In this document: positions 41,415 to 53,031 of the stretch, one piece after another
How positions within the stretch are numbered: the stretch's first letter is position 1
How the letters are laid out: each line of letters begins with the position of its first letter
DNA from: an uncultured Pelagibacteraceae bacterium
GTDB taxonomy: Bacteria; Pseudomonadota; Alphaproteobacteria; Pelagibacterales; Pelagibacteraceae
Direction: 5' to 3'
Assembly: GCA_902574525.1 (NCBI GenBank)
Contig: CACGNQ010000002.1
Span: 274-64,273, forward strand
DNA: 64,000 nucleotides
Position numbers and translations under genes: made by a program
The notes under the pieces: model-generated
Database searches by the model: none
What the model was told of the DNA's origin: nothing
What the model saw: the letters and a program-made list of their open reading frames with translations, nothing else

Positions 41415-43337
41415 TTAAGCGCTCTTTTCCTTATTTTCGTCTTTTACTTCTTCAAAGTCTGCATCAACAACGTTATCGTCTTTTTTTCCTTCTTCTTTTT
41501 TATCTTTTGGTGCATCTCCAGGTTTAGCACTCTGTTGAGATTTATAAATTGCTTCACCTAACTTCATTGAAGACTGAACTAAATCTTGAGTTTTCTTTTT
41601 AATATCTTCTATATCTGTTCCTTTTAATGAATTTCTAAGATTAGCTGATGCTGTTTCTATAGCTTTCTTATCAGCATCTGAAACTTTAGATCCATGTTCT
41701 TTCAAATTTTTTTCAGTAGAATGCAAAAGTGTATCCGCCTGGTTCCTTGCATCAACCGACTCTCTTTTTTTCTTATCCGCTTCTTTATTTGCTTCAGCTT
41801 CTTTAACCATTTTACTTATTTCATCTTCGCTAAGTCCACCTGAAGCTTGAATTTGTATTTTTTGCTCTTTGCCAGTTCCTTTATCTTTTGCAGAAACATT
41901 TACAATTCCATTTGCATCAATATCAAAAGTAACTTCAATTTGAGGAACTCCTCTAGGAGCAGGCGCGATACCAACTAGTTCAAAATTTCCTAAAACTTTG
42001 TTATCGGTTGCCATCTCTCTTTCACCCTGCAAAACTCTTATTGATACAGCTGGCTGATTATCATCTGCTGTCGAAAAAACTTGGCTTTTCTTCGTTGGTA
42101 TTGTTGTGTTTTTATCAATTAATTTGGTCGAGACACCACCTAGTGTTTCAATTCCTAATGAGAGTGGAGTAACATCAAGCAACAAAACATCTTTAACATC
42201 ACCCTGTAAAACACCAGCTTGTATTGCTGCACCCATAGCCACAACTTCATCTGGATTAACAGATTTATTTGGAGCTTTGCCAAAAAAATTTTTTACTTCT
42301 TCAATAACTTTAGGCATTCGTGTCATTCCACCAACTAATACAATTTCATCTATTTCATTCGCTGACAAACCAGCATCTTTCAAGGCTGTTTGGCAAGGTG
42401 GAATTGTTCTTGTAATTAAATCTTCAACTAAAGCTTCAAGTTTTGCTCTAGTCATTTTTAAATTAATATGTTTTGGTCCAGTTTTATCGGCTGTGATAAA
42501 AGGTAAATTAATTTCAGTTTGAGTTGCTGAGGAAAGCTCAATTTTGGCCTTTTCTGAAGCTTCCTTTAATCGTTGTAAAGCTAATTTATCAGTTTTTAAA
42601 TCTATTCCATTTTCTTTTTTAAATTCACTAAGAAGATATTCTACAATAGTATTATCAAAATCTTCTCCGCCAAGGAAAGTATCACCATTAGTAGACTTAA
42701 CTTCAAATACACCATCACCTAATTCTAAGATTGATACATCGAACGTACCACCCCCTAAATCGTAGACAGCAATTTTTTTATTAGCTTTTTTGTCTAAACC
42801 ATATGCTAAAGATGCAGCAGTTGGTTCATTTATAATTCTTAACACCTCCAAACCAGCAATTTTACCTGCATCCTTGGTTGCTTGTCTTTGTGCATCGTTG
42901 AAATATGCAGGGACAGTAATAACTGCTTTCGAAACTTCTTGCCCTAAATACTTTTCAGCCGTTTCCCTCATTTTTTGTAAAACAAACGCTGAAATTTGAG
43001 ATGGGGAATATTTTTGACCCTTAGCTTCAATCCAAGCATCACCCTTATCAGAATTTATTATTTTAAAAGGAGCTGTTTCGATATCTTTTTTAACCGTTGC
43101 GTCACTAAAATTTCTTCCAATTAATCTTTTAACAGCAAATATTGTATTTTCTGGATTCGTAACTGCTTGTCTTTTAGCCGGTTGACCAATTAATTTTTCG
43201 TCTCCATCAGTAAAAGCTACTACTGAAGGTGTTGTTCTTGCTCCTTCAGCATTTTCTAAAACTTTAGCCTGCGTGCCATCCATTATAGCAACGCAAGAGT
43301 TTGTAGTTCCTAAATCTATACCTATTACTTTACTCAT
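41415..43337 (-). CDS. dnaK: Chaperone DnaK
   Basis: [35 protein letters not shown]. Confidence 0.99.
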   Translation of the reverse strand: MSKVIGIDLGTTNSCVAIMDGTQAKVLENAEGARTTPSVVAFTDGDEKLIGQPAKRQAVTNPENTIFAVKRLIGRNFSDATVKKDIETAPFKIINSDKGDAWIEAKGQKYSPSQISAFVLQKMRETAEKYLGQEVSKAVITVPAYFNDAQRQATKDAGKIAGLEVLRIINEPTAASLAYGLDKKANKKIAVYDLGGGTFDVSILELGDGVFEVKSTNGDTFLGGEDFDNTIVEYLLSEFKKENGIDLKTDKLALQRLKEASEKAKIELSSATQTEINLPFITADKTGPKHINLKMTRAKLEALVEDLITRTIPPCQTALKDAGLSANEIDEIVLVGGMTRMPKVIEEVKNFFGKAPNKSVNPDEVVAMGAAIQAGVLQGDVKDVLLLDVTPLSLGIETLGGVSTKLIDKNTTIPTKKSQVFSTADDNQPAVSIRVLQGEREMATDNKVLGNFELVGIAPAPRGVPQIEVTFDIDANGIVNVSAKDKGTGKEQKIQIQASGGLSEDEISKMVKEAEANKEADKKKRESVDARNQADTLLHSTEKNLKEHGSKVSDADKKAIETASANLRNSLKGTDIEDIKKKTQDLVQSSMKLGEAIYKSQQSAKPGDAPKDKKEEGKKDDNVVDADFEEVKDENKEKSA

Positions 43338-43351
43338 GATTATAATCCTTC

Positions 43352-43379
43352 ATATAAGTGTTATTTTTTTGTCTACAAG
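43352..43379 (-). promoter_or_regulatory. Putative RpoH promoter of dnaK
   Basis: Minus strand CTTG-N17-CTTATAT, an exact match to CTTG-N17-CYTATNT, followed by an AAGGA SD. Confidence 0.7.
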
Positions 43380-44014
43380 TTAGTTTTTCCTTTATTTTCT
43401 TGATTTTTTTCGCCATTTTTGTCTATTTCATTCTTTTTTTCTGATTTTGTTGTCTTTTTAGATACAGCAACCAATGCAGGTCTTAAAAGTCTATCTTTCA
43501 TCATATAACCTGTTTGAACTTCCTGAACTATTGTACCTGGTTCTTTATCATCATCTTCGATTTCCAGCATCGCTTGATGTAAATTAGGATCTAGCTTTTT
43601 ATTGTTTGTTTCAATCTGCTCGATATTATTTTTTTTAAAAATAGAAATCATATCCTTTTTAATTATATTTAGATGATCAAAGATTTTTTTGAGAGATTCT
43701 GAATCTTTCAATTTTTCATCATTTTCTAAAGACGCCTTAGATCTATCTAAATTATCTAGTAAATTTAGAGACTCTTTTGCAAATGAAAAACCTCCATACT
43801 CAAATGCATCATCTTTTTCTTTTTCGTATCTTCGTCTTTGATTTTCCATTTCAGCATATGCCCTTATCAATTTATCTTCCAACTCTTTTAACTTATCTTC
43901 TGGTGAAATTTTTTCTTTGTTATCTTCGTTATTAATATTTTTATCTTTATCAGTATCATTTCCTTTTTTAACCTGATTTTCATTATCTGCTTTATTAATA
44001 TTTTTTTTATCCAT
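43373..44014 (-). CDS. grpE: Nucleotide exchange factor GrpE
   Basis: RAYAEMENQRRR, DNLDR, DPNLHQA, GYMMKDRLLRPALVAVSK. Confidence 0.95.
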   Translation of the reverse strand: MDKKNINKADNENQVKKGNDTDKDKNINNEDNKEKISPEDKLKELEDKLIRAYAEMENQRRRYEKEKDDAFEYGGFSFAKESLNLLDNLDRSKASLENDEKLKDSESLKKIFDHLNIIKKDMISIFKKNNIEQIETNNKKLDPNLHQAMLEIEDDDKEPGTIVQEVQTGYMMKDRLLRPALVAVSKKTTKSEKKNEIDKNGEKNQENKGKTNL

Positions 44015-44022
44015 ACAGTGGT

Positions 44023-44050
44023 ATATGGTAAGAAAAATTAAAATTTCCAG
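44023..44050 (-). promoter_or_regulatory. Putative RpoH promoter of grpE
   Basis: Minus strand CTGG-N17-ACCATAT, 8 nt before the grpE ATG. Confidence 0.5.
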
Positions 44051-44653
44051 ATGAAAGCAAAAAAAATTAAAGATTTACTAATAGGTTCAAATAATCCGGG
44101 AAAAGTGCGTGAAATAAAGCAATTATTGCCAAAAAATATCACGGTTTCATCGATAATCGATTATAAACTTAAAAGTCCACTTGAAAATGGTAAAACCTTT
44201 TTACAAAATTCATATATTAAATCAAAATATTTCTCTAAAAAAACAGGTAAAATATGCTTAGCAGATGACTCAGGTTTAGAGATAGATATACTTCATAAAA
44301 AACCAGGCATCTATTCAGCAAGGTGGGGAGGAAAGAAAAATAACTTTAATTTAGCAATCGATAAAGTTTTTAAAGAACTTGGTAAAGTTGATAAAAATTG
44401 GAAAAACAAAAAAATTACCGCCAGGTTTATTTGTGCTCTTAGTATTTATGGACCAAAGACAAGAAAAATTCACGCAGTCGCTAAAATTGAAGGAAGAATT
44501 TCAAATAAAAAAATTGGAAAAAACGGTTTTGGTTATGATCCTATATTTATACCATCAGGAAAAAAAGTTACTTTTGGTCAGATGAAATTTTTCAAAAAAT
44601 TTAAAATGGACCACAGAGCTAAAGCATTCAAAAAGCTTAAAAAATTTCTATAA
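44051..44653 (+). CDS. rdgB: Non-canonical purine NTP pyrophosphatase (RdgB/HAM1)
   Basis: SNNPGKVREI, ADDSGLEI, PGIYSARW, GFGYDPIF, DHR. Confidence 0.92.
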   Translation: MKAKKIKDLLIGSNNPGKVREIKQLLPKNITVSSIIDYKLKSPLENGKTFLQNSYIKSKYFSKKTGKICLADDSGLEIDILHKKPGIYSARWGGKKNNFNLAIDKVFKELGKVDKNWKNKKITARFICALSIYGPKTRKIHAVAKIEGRISNKKIGKNGFGYDPIFIPSGKKVTFGQMKFFKKFKMDHRAKAFKKLKKFL

Positions 44654-45785
44654 ATTTCCCTTTTTCAACATTATAAAAATTTAACTCATGGCTAATTTTT
44701 TTATTATTAATTTCAAAAATACCAGCTTTACCTTTAAATCTATGTTTTTTATTAAAAATATTATCGTTAATTTCAAAATTATTTTGTAAAAGAAGATAAT
44801 ATAATAAGCCAACTAAATCGTAGGTTATTAATGAAAGTTGATTTGGTTCATTGTCGTAAAAATTATTATAATTTTTTTTAAATTGGTCAAAGTTCCCTTT
44901 ATTGATGGAGGGAAAGCCTATCGGTTGAGAAGCTGTTTCTTTAAATAATGATTCATCAAACCATTGATTAAGAGATATAAATGTAATTTTTTTCGGAGAA
45001 AAATCAGTATATAAAAGAGAAGTTGTTACACTCTTTAAACTTTCATCGAAGTCAGCAATAACTACCGAGTCGTACCCAATTTTTCCAAGTGTATCTCTTT
45101 TATTTAAAATTTCTAATTTTTTTTCTTTATTATTTTCTTCGGAATTCTCAACACGTTTAATTTCATCTTCTAAATTCTGTTTTCTAATTTGATATCTTGT
45201 TACTTTTTCAATTTGTTTAGTTAACTTAGTCGGTTCAGTGTCATAGTAAAAAACTTTTTTTACTTTAATTTTAGTCTCCTTAATTGCAGCTTCGATTTCC
45301 TCTTTATAGTTTTTTTTAGGTATTAAAATTAATGTCTCCTCTAAATTATTCATTTTTTGATATTTTTTAATTGCATTAAATTGTGATCTCGCATTAATTC
45401 CAGCACTAATAACGTTTTTAGGATTATTCAAAACTTTATTTGTGAAAGATAAAAAATATGCATCTTTAAATTTTTCAAGTCCTTTTAAATTCTTATTAAA
45501 TACTGGACCAATAAAAATTCTAACTCCTTGAACATACAATTTTTCAACCTGTAAAAGTGTTTCTTTATGTTTTCCTTTAGTGTCTCGAGGTAAAATATTT
45601 ATATTCTCATCATTAATCTTGTTTAAGGCCATTCTAGCTGAACTAAATACTGATTTACCTATATCTTCATATTCACCTGAAAAGGGGGCCAGTAATCCGA
45701 TTTCAATTTCATTATTTCCCTGAGCGATTTTAGGGAAAATGATTAAAAAAAATATTATTAAAAAATAGTTAATATGTGCTTTCAT
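44637..45785 (-). CDS. Periplasmic binding-fold protein, LpoA/LppC-like PBP activator
   Basis: Signal peptide; IGLLAPFSG, PRDT, IGPVF, YD, FKGKAGIF; divergent from rsmI as is usual for this family. Confidence 0.7.
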   Translation of the reverse strand: MKAHINYFLIIFFLIIFPKIAQGNNEIEIGLLAPFSGEYEDIGKSVFSSARMALNKINDENINILPRDTKGKHKETLLQVEKLYVQGVRIFIGPVFNKNLKGLEKFKDAYFLSFTNKVLNNPKNVISAGINARSQFNAIKKYQKMNNLEETLILIPKKNYKEEIEAAIKETKIKVKKVFYYDTEPTKLTKQIEKVTRYQIRKQNLEDEIKRVENSEENNKEKKLEILNKRDTLGKIGYDSVVIADFDESLKSVTTSLLYTDFSPKKITFISLNQWFDESLFKETASQPIGFPSINKGNFDQFKKNYNNFYDNEPNQLSLITYDLVGLLYYLLLQNNFEINDNIFNKKHRFKGKAGIFEINNKKISHELNFYNVEKGKFIEIF

Positions 45786-45816
45786 TTATATATCTTTATT
45801 ATAATTATATTCATTA

Positions 45817-46680
45817 ATGATTCCATTAGATCAAAACAAATTAATAAACTTTAAAAGTGGTTTATATGTGGTTTCCACTCCAATTGGCAATTTGATGGAT
45901 ATAACTCTAAATGCACTTAGAATTCTTAAAATATCTGATTTAATTTTGTGTGAGGATACCAGAGTATCTAAAAAAGTTTTAGAAAAGCACCACATAAGAA
46001 ATAAGCAACTAGTTTCGTATCATAAATTTAATGAAAAAAAGAGTCTCCAGAAAGTAGTAAGTTTACTAGAGGATAAAAAAATTGTTTCAATTATTTCTGA
46101 TGCTGGAACCCCATGTATCTCTGATCCAGGGTCGATTCTTATAAATGAGATTGTTAAAAAGAATATAAATATTTTTTCAATTCCAGGCCCATCATCTGTT
46201 ATTTCAGCTGTATCAATTAGTGGATTTTCAGATAAATTTATTTTTTATGGTTTCTTTCCAGAAAAGCTTAAAGATATTAAAAAAGATTTAGAAATTTTAT
46301 CAAAATTAAATTTAACAATTGTTTTTTTTATATCGGCAAAGAAATTTAAAAAAAATTTAATATATTTAGAAAAATATTTTTTTGATAGAAAATTACTAAT
46401 ATGCAAGGAATTAACTAAAATGTATGAAGAACATTTTAGATTAGAAGTTTTGGATATCAAAGATTTTAAAGTTGATTTACGTGGTGAAATCACTTTAGTA
46501 CTTTCTGAAAAACTTAAAGACGAATCAAATACTCATTTAGATGAGAAGGACAAATCGAAAATTAGAAAACTTATGAAAAAGTTAAGTATTAAAGACATTG
46601 TAACAGAAATAAAAAAAAATAAAGATATATCAAAAAAAGAGATTTATAAATATTGCCTTGATTTGAAAAATGAAAAATAA
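45817..46680 (+). CDS. rsmI: 16S rRNA C1402 2'-O-methyltransferase
   Basis: LYVVSTPIGNLMDIT, CEDTR, SDAGTPCISDPG, KELTKMYEE, RGEI. Confidence 0.94.
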   Translation: MIPLDQNKLINFKSGLYVVSTPIGNLMDITLNALRILKISDLILCEDTRVSKKVLEKHHIRNKQLVSYHKFNEKKSLQKVVSLLEDKKIVSIISDAGTPCISDPGSILINEIVKKNINIFSIPGPSSVISAVSISGFSDKFIFYGFFPEKLKDIKKDLEILSKLNLTIVFFISAKKFKKNLIYLEKYFFDRKLLICKELTKMYEEHFRLEVLDIKDFKVDLRGEITLVLSEKLKDESNTHLDEKDKSKIRKLMKKLSIKDIVTEIKKNKDISKKEIYKYCLDLKNEK

Positions 46681-47263
46681 ATTATTAATATCCTTGTTAC
46701 TCATATTTATTTTGAATGGATGTGTAGGAACCTCATCCCAAGGCTTATTTGGAACGGGTGTAAGTATAGCAATTGATCCAAGATCCTTGGGCACTCAAAT
46801 CGACGATAATATTATGCAAAAAAATCTGAAAGCCAGATTATTACTTGAAGATAAAAAATATCTTTTATCTATAAATTCTAAAGTTTTAGATGGAAGAATA
46901 TTCATTACAGGCAAGGTTGACAATCCAGAGGAAAAATTAAAAATTACTAAAATGGCTTGGGAAACAAAGGGTGTAAGATCTGTAAGAAACAATTTAATTA
47001 TTAAAAAAGAATTTAATTTTAAGCAATCTGCTGCAGACATTCTCATCACATCTCAACTTAGAACAGCATTAGTTTTAAATAAAAAAATTAAATCAACAAA
47101 TTATAATATTGATACCTATAAAAAGAAAATTTATATCTACGGAATCGCTCAAACCAAAAAAGAGCAGGAAGAAGTAGTGAATGAGGGTAAATCTATACCA
47201 GATGTTAAAAGTGTAATTGCCAGTATATTGTTAGTTGAAGATTTAAGAATACAAAAAAATTAA
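46670..47263 (+). CDS. BON-domain lipoprotein (DolP/YraP-like)
   Basis: Lipobox LNGC; DPRSLGTQIDD; two BON repeats; downstream of rsmI. Confidence 0.82.
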   Translation: MKNKLLISLLLIFILNGCVGTSSQGLFGTGVSIAIDPRSLGTQIDDNIMQKNLKARLLLEDKKYLLSINSKVLDGRIFITGKVDNPEEKLKITKMAWETKGVRSVRNNLIIKKEFNFKQSAADILITSQLRTALVLNKKIKSTNYNIDTYKKKIYIYGIAQTKKEQEEVVNEGKSIPDVKSVIASILLVEDLRIQKN

Positions 47264-47553
47264 GATAGTAGAATTAATAGTAATTTACTCATAAAAGACA
47301 TCAAAATTATAAAAAGTATAAAAAAAATCCACCACATTAATGTGACTGCCTTGTTTCTTTTTCGCCTTAGTAAAACAAATTCCTTGTCGTCTAAATTTGA
47401 AATATCTCTTTTTCCTTTTACTGGATAATCATAGCTCCATCTCCAAATTGAGTTACCAAGTCTTTCGTCGAGATTATTAAAGTACCTTATCCATGCAGTT
47501 GACCAAATAAATATAAAACCAAAAATTATTAGAAGCAAAATCTCAGTAAGCAT
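47260..47553 (-). CDS. Small two-TM membrane protein, possibly UspB-like
   Basis: Hydrophobic termini; RYFNNL and DDKEF..RRKR segments; 3 nt downstream of maeB. Confidence 0.6.
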   Translation of the reverse strand: MLTEILLLIIFGFIFIWSTAWIRYFNNLDERLGNSIWRWSYDYPVKGKRDISNLDDKEFVLLRRKRNKAVTLMWWIFFILFIILMSFMSKLLLILLS

Positions 47554-47556
47554 TTA

Positions 47557-49845
47557 TTAATTTGCTTTACCATAATTTATCACACCCGCTGAATAGGCTG
47601 CTACAGAAGCAAGATTTAATATTTCAGATGTTGATGATCTTAGGGGAACAATTTCTATTGCTCTTCCAAGACCAATAAGAAGAGGTCCAATAACTTTTGC
47701 TCCACCTAGCGTCTTCATAATTTTATAAGCTATGGCAGCACTATGTTGTCCAGGCATCACTAAAATATTGGCTTTCCCCACTATTTCTGAAAATGGATAT
47801 AAATCTCTATATTCTTCACTCAAAGCAACATCGGGCTGCATATCCCCATCAAATTTAAAATCAACGTTCATTGATTTTAATATATCAACAGCATCTCTAA
47901 TATGCTTTGTTCTACTTGTAATTGGTTGGCCAAAAGTTGAATGAGATAAGAAAGCAACTTTTGGATCAAATCCAAACAATCTTACAACTCTTGAAGCTGA
48001 GATAGCAATTTCTGCCATCTGTTTTGAGGTTGGATATTCATGAACTGTAGTATCAGCTATAAATACAGTTTTACCTTTGTTTACTATCATATTCAAACCA
48101 AACATAATTTCACCAGGCCTTGCATCAACTACTTTGATAACTTTTTTGAGAGATGATGAATATTTTCTTGTATTTCCTGTTACCATTGCATCTGCATCAT
48201 CACATTCGACCATGCAGGACGCCCAAACCACTCTATCATTTCTAACTAATTTATCACAATCTCTTTCAAGAAGGCCTTCTTTTCTATGCAATTTCTCAAA
48301 TAAAAATTTTACATATTTTTCACGCAAAATTTTGTTTTTTGAATTAATTATTTCAATATCAAGGTTTTCACTGTAACCAATATCTTTTAATTTTTTTTTA
48401 ATTATTTCTTCTTTAGCAACTATAATTGGAACTCCTAAACCACCCTTTTTAAATGCGATAGCAGCTTTTAAAGTTTCTTCATCTTCCCCGTCGGCAAAAA
48501 CTACTCTTTTTTGATTTTTCTTAATTTGACTATTTATACCTTGCATAATTGTAACTGAAGGATCTAGTCTTTGCTTTAATTGTTCAGAATAAATTTCAAA
48601 ATTTTCTATTTTTTTTCTGGCTACACCAGTTTTCATAGCAGCCTTAGCGACTGCAACAGGTATTACACTTATTAATCTTGGGTCGAAAGTGGATGGAATT
48701 ATATAGTCTTTTCCATATGACGGTCTGTCTCCTCCCATTGCAGCGACCACTTCGTCAGGTACCCTTTCCCTCGCCAATGAAGCTATGGCGTTCGCTGCAG
48801 CTATTTTCATTTCCTCATTTATAGTTTTTGCTCTCACATCAAGTGCGCCTCTAAATATATATGGAAATCCTATAAGATTATTTACTTGATTTGGATAATC
48901 AGATCTGCCGGTTGCAATAATTGCATCTTTCCTAACTTCCTCCACTTCTTCAGGAGTTATTTCTGGATCAGGGTTTGCACATGCAAAAATTATAGGATTA
49001 TTAGACATTTTTTTAACCATTTTTTTTGATAAAATACTTTTAGACGAAAGCCCTAAAAAAACATCTGCACCTTCAATTGCATCTTCAAGTGTTCTTTTTT
49101 TAGTATCGATTGCATGAATAACTTTCCACTTATTTAAATTTTCTCTTCCTTTAAAAATAACACCTTTACTATCTATCATAATAATATTTTTTGAAGGAAC
49201 TCCTGTTTTTTTTAGTAAATTTGTGCAAGCAATAGCAGATGCTCCAGCACCATTTACAACCACCTTAATATTTTTTATTGATTTTTTTGAAATATCTAAT
49301 GCATTAATAAGTGCTGCGGTTGTTATTATCGCTGTGCCATGCTGGTCATCGTGAAAAACTGGAATATCCAATATTTCTTTTAATTTTTCTTCTATAATAA
49401 AACAGCCTGGAGCAGCTATATCTTCTAAGTTTATGCCACCAAAACTTCCTGCAATACTTTTTATACTTTTAATAATTTCCTCTGAATCTGATGAGTCTAT
49501 TTCTATATCTATTGAGTTAATATCAGCGAATCTTTTGAACAAAACTGCTTTACCCTCCATAACAGGCTTTGATGCGAGTGCACCAAGATTGCCCATACCT
49601 AAAATTGCTGAACCATTGCTGATTACAGCAACTAAATTACCCTTGCTGGTGTAGTCGTATGCTGCCTCTGGATTATTTGATATTGCTTTTACTGGTGCTG
49701 CTACTCCAGGAGAGTAAGCTAAAGCTAAATCTCTTTTAGTAGTCATTGGTTTTGATGATATAATCTCAATCTTGCCTGATTTATTATTATGATGAAAATC
49801 CAGAGCTTCTTTATCAGAGTAATGTTCAATTTTATTTTTTTTCAT
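47557..49845 (-). CDS. maeB: NADP-dependent malic enzyme with PTA-like C-terminal domain
   Basis: LALAYSPGVA, KPVMEGKA, INLEDI, FHDDQHGTA, GAGASA, TGRSDYPNQVNN, DGDMQPD. Confidence 0.96.
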   Translation of the reverse strand: MKKNKIEHYSDKEALDFHHNNKSGKIEIISSKPMTTKRDLALAYSPGVAAPVKAISNNPEAAYDYTSKGNLVAVISNGSAILGMGNLGALASKPVMEGKAVLFKRFADINSIDIEIDSSDSEEIIKSIKSIAGSFGGINLEDIAAPGCFIIEEKLKEILDIPVFHDDQHGTAIITTAALINALDISKKSIKNIKVVVNGAGASAIACTNLLKKTGVPSKNIIMIDSKGVIFKGRENLNKWKVIHAIDTKKRTLEDAIEGADVFLGLSSKSILSKKMVKKMSNNPIIFACANPDPEITPEEVEEVRKDAIIATGRSDYPNQVNNLIGFPYIFRGALDVRAKTINEEMKIAAANAIASLARERVPDEVVAAMGGDRPSYGKDYIIPSTFDPRLISVIPVAVAKAAMKTGVARKKIENFEIYSEQLKQRLDPSVTIMQGINSQIKKNQKRVVFADGEDEETLKAAIAFKKGGLGVPIIVAKEEIIKKKLKDIGYSENLDIEIINSKNKILREKYVKFLFEKLHRKEGLLERDCDKLVRNDRVVWASCMVECDDADAMVTGNTRKYSSSLKKVIKVVDARPGEIMFGLNMIVNKGKTVFIADTTVHEYPTSKQMAEIAISASRVVRLFGFDPKVAFLSHSTFGQPITSRTKHIRDAVDILKSMNVDFKFDGDMQPDVALSEEYRDLYPFSEIVGKANILVMPGQHSAAIAYKIMKTLGGAKVIGPLLIGLGRAIEIVPLRSSTSEILNLASVAAYSAGVINYGKAN

Positions 49846-49898
49846 TTTTTATTAAATAGATATACAAATAGAACTAATTTATAAGACTAATATGATTT

Positions 49899-51428
49899 AT
49901 GAATCTAATTAAGTCAACAAGCACATACAGTTTCTTTGTTCTTATCAGTAGAATTCTTGGATACTTCAGGGATGTTTTAATCGCAATTTATCTAGGCTCA
50001 GGACCGATAGCAGATGCTTTTTTTGTTGCTTTTAGGATACCCAACACATTCAGAAGACTTTTTTCTGAAGGTACTTTTAATTCTGCTTTTGTACCAAGCT
50101 ACATGTCTGAGTTAGACAAAGGGAAACAAAATGCTAAAAAATTTGCTAATAATGTGTTTAACTTTCTTGCACTAAGTCTCCTATTTCTTGTTTTGCTGAT
50201 AGAAATATTTATGCCTGCCTTTATTTTTCTAATAGCTCCAGGCTTTTCAGATAGTGGTGAAAAATTGGAAACAACTATAAGTTTAACCAGAATCACTTTT
50301 CCATTTCTCATATTCGTCAGTCTGTCTTCATTCTTTGGTGCAATTCTGAACTCATTTAATAAGTTTGCAGTAGCATCTGCTGCACCTATAATTCTAAATA
50401 TATTTTTAATTTTAACACTTCTTTTTTCAAATTATTTAAATGACGTACTTGTTTATTATTTATCTTATGCTGTTACTATAGCAGGTATTGTTCAGTTATT
50501 ATTCTTAGTTTTTTTTACTCGAAAATATTATTATCCAAACTTTTCGTTTAAAATTAGATTTGATAAAAAATTAAAATTTTTCTTTAAAAAATTAATACCT
50601 AGCATTTTTTCATCCGGGGTTACACAAATAAATATTTTAATAGGCACCATTATTGCTTCTTTTCAAGCAAGCGCTGTTTCATATCTTTATTATGCTGATA
50701 GAATATATCAAATTAACCTAGCAATTGCAGGAATTGCTATAGGAACTGTTTTATTACCAAATTTGAGTAAGTACGTTGAGCAAAATAATTTAAAAAAAAT
50801 AAAATTTATTCAAAATAAATCTTTAGAGTTAAGTTTATTTTTATGTCTACCTGCAACATTTGCCCTTTTAATTTCTTCAGAACAAATTACTTCTGCGCTT
50901 TTTGGATATGGATCATTTGATTATTATAGTGTAAAAAATTCGTCTAAAGCTTTATTTTATTTTGCTTATGGATTACCTGCTTTTGCTTTAATAAAAGTTT
51001 TTTCAAGTTATATTTTTGCAAGACACAATACCAAAGTACCATTTATTATTTCTATTTATTCAGTAATTATAAATGTTTGTATTAGTTTATATTTTTTTTC
51101 AGATATTGGATTTATTATAATTCCAATAGCTACGACATTATCATCGTGGTTTAATACTATTATATTATTTGGATATTTAATAAAAAAAAAATATTTTGTT
51201 TTAGATAGAGCCTTAAGTTTTTCTATTTTTAAAATAATTTTTTCATCAATTACAACTTCATTTTTATTTTATCAATTAATTAGATATTTTAACGATTTAT
51301 TGATTTATGAAAGTCAATATAAACTTTTAACAATAATTTTAATTATTATTTTAACATTCATAATCTACATGCTTATTTCAATCCTTACAAAAGCTTTTAA
51401 AATGTCTGATATTAAATTAAAGTACTGA
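49899..51428 (+). CDS. murJ: Lipid II flippase
   Basis: [36 protein letters not shown]; multi-TM. Confidence 0.95.
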   Translation: MNLIKSTSTYSFFVLISRILGYFRDVLIAIYLGSGPIADAFFVAFRIPNTFRRLFSEGTFNSAFVPSYMSELDKGKQNAKKFANNVFNFLALSLLFLVLLIEIFMPAFIFLIAPGFSDSGEKLETTISLTRITFPFLIFVSLSSFFGAILNSFNKFAVASAAPIILNIFLILTLLFSNYLNDVLVYYLSYAVTIAGIVQLLFLVFFTRKYYYPNFSFKIRFDKKLKFFFKKLIPSIFSSGVTQINILIGTIIASFQASAVSYLYYADRIYQINLAIAGIAIGTVLLPNLSKYVEQNNLKKIKFIQNKSLELSLFLCLPATFALLISSEQITSALFGYGSFDYYSVKNSSKALFYFAYGLPAFALIKVFSSYIFARHNTKVPFIISIYSVIINVCISLYFFSDIGFIIIPIATTLSSWFNTIILFGYLIKKKYFVLDRALSFSIFKIIFSSITTSFLFYQLIRYFNDLLIYESQYKLLTIILIIILTFIIYMLISILTKAFKMSDIKLKY

Positions 51429-51433
51429 TTCAC

Positions 51434-52435
51434 ATGTCAAAAAAAATTTTTTCTGGTGTCCAACCAACTGGCAACCTGCATTTAGGAAATTATCTAGGCG
51501 CAATAAAAAAATTTGTTGATTTGCAGAAAGATATCAAGAACAATTGTATATATTGTGTTGTAGATTTACACGCAATAACTGTTAAGCAAGACCCAAAAGT
51601 TTTGAAGAAAAATATAAGAGAAACAACAGCTGCATTTTTAGCAAGTGGCTTAGATCCAAAAAAAAGTATTATATTTAATCAATCTATGGTTTCCTCACAT
51701 TCTGAAGGTGCATGGTTATTAGGATGTGTGGCACGAATGGGATGGTTAAACAGGATGACCCAATTTAAAGAAAAGGCAGGAAAAGATAAAGAGAAAGCGA
51801 GTGTCGGTCTTTATATTTATCCAATACTTATGGCTTCAGATATACTTTTATATGATGCAACACATGTTCCTGTGGGAGAAGATCAAAAACAGCACTTAGA
51901 GCTTACTAGAGATATAGCTCAAAAATTCAATTCGGATTTCAACTGTCCTAATTTTTTAATTACCCCAGAACCATTGATACAAGAAAATTTTTCTAGAATA
52001 ATGAGTTTAAAAGATGGAACAAAAAAAATGAGTAAATCAGATCCTTCTGACCAAAGTAGAATTAATTTAACAGACGATAAAGATCAAATTGTAAATAAAA
52101 TAAAAAAAGCAAAAACAGACAGTGCACAACTACCACAAAATGATAATGATATAATCAAAAGGCCAGAACTAATTAATCTTTATGGGATATTTTCTAGCAT
52201 TCAAAACCAAAATTTAAATAAAACGATAAATGATTTTAGAGGAAAAAATTTTTCAGAATTTAAAAATAAATTAGCTGAAGTTTTAGTTGAAAAAATCTAT
52301 CCTATATCGAATGAAATTAAAAAACTCTTAAAAGATGAAAAATATATTGATAATATATTAAAAACTGGATCAATTGAGGCTGAAAAAATTGCTCGAAAAA
52401 AGGTGAATGATATCAAACAAAAAGTAGGTTTTTAA
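51434..52435 (+). CDS. trpS: Tryptophan--tRNA ligase
   Basis: [43 protein letters not shown]. Confidence 0.97.
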   Translation: MSKKIFSGVQPTGNLHLGNYLGAIKKFVDLQKDIKNNCIYCVVDLHAITVKQDPKVLKKNIRETTAAFLASGLDPKKSIIFNQSMVSSHSEGAWLLGCVARMGWLNRMTQFKEKAGKDKEKASVGLYIYPILMASDILLYDATHVPVGEDQKQHLELTRDIAQKFNSDFNCPNFLITPEPLIQENFSRIMSLKDGTKKMSKSDPSDQSRINLTDDKDQIVNKIKKAKTDSAQLPQNDNDIIKRPELINLYGIFSSIQNQNLNKTINDFRGKNFSEFKNKLAEVLVEKIYPISNEIKKLLKDEKYIDNILKTGSIEAEKIARKKVNDIKQKVGF

Positions 52436-52479
52436 AAAAATACTTCAAATTTTAATATTAATAACTATATATAATTAAT

Positions 52480-53022
52480 ATGTTTGTTCAAATTCAAAAA
52501 ACACCAAATCCAAACTCACTTAAGTTTTTACCTGGTAAAGTAATTTCGAATGCTGAGTCAATGGAGTTTTCTAACAAAGATATAATTGACAATCATCTGA
52601 TAACAAATATTTTATCTATCAACGGTGTAGAAAGTATGTTCCTTGGTTCAGATTTTTTATCTGTAAATAAAAATAATAACACCGACTGGGAAGATATAAA
52701 ACATATTGTCATTTCGTTAATTAATGAATTTTTTGATGAAGGTAATGAATTAATAATTGATAAAAATTTAAATAAAACTAATGATACGAATTATAAAGAT
52801 ATTGAAAAAAAAATTATTCACGTTTTAGAAACTAAGGTAAAGCCAGCTGTAGCAAATGATGGAGGAGATATAAAGTTTTTGAATTATAAAAATGGAATAG
52901 TAAAAGTAAAACTTCAAGGAAGTTGTTCTGGATGCCCTAGTTCAACAATTACTTTGAAGCAAGGAGTACAAAATTTGCTAAAGCATTATATTCCAGATGT
53001 GAAAGGAGTAGAGGCTGAGTGA
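52480..53022 (+). CDS. NifU/Nfu Fe-S carrier protein
   Basis: TPNPNSLKFLPG, DGGDI, GSCSGCPSSTITLK. Confidence 0.92.
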   Translation: MFVQIQKTPNPNSLKFLPGKVISNAESMEFSNKDIIDNHLITNILSINGVESMFLGSDFLSVNKNNNTDWEDIKHIVISLINEFFDEGNELIIDKNLNKTNDTNYKDIEKKIIHVLETKVKPAVANDGGDIKFLNYKNGIVKVKLQGSCSGCPSSTITLKQGVQNLLKHYIPDVKGVEAE

Positions 53023-53031
53023 AATAATTAA

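Noticed and set aside
40929-42999. Several opposite-strand or alternative-frame ORFs over dnaJ and dnaK
   Set aside because: Typical shadow ORFs of conserved genes; no supporting signals.
52443-52470. CTTC-N17-ACTATAT upstream of nifU as an RpoH promoter
   Set aside because: Too degenerate to separate from the AT-rich background.
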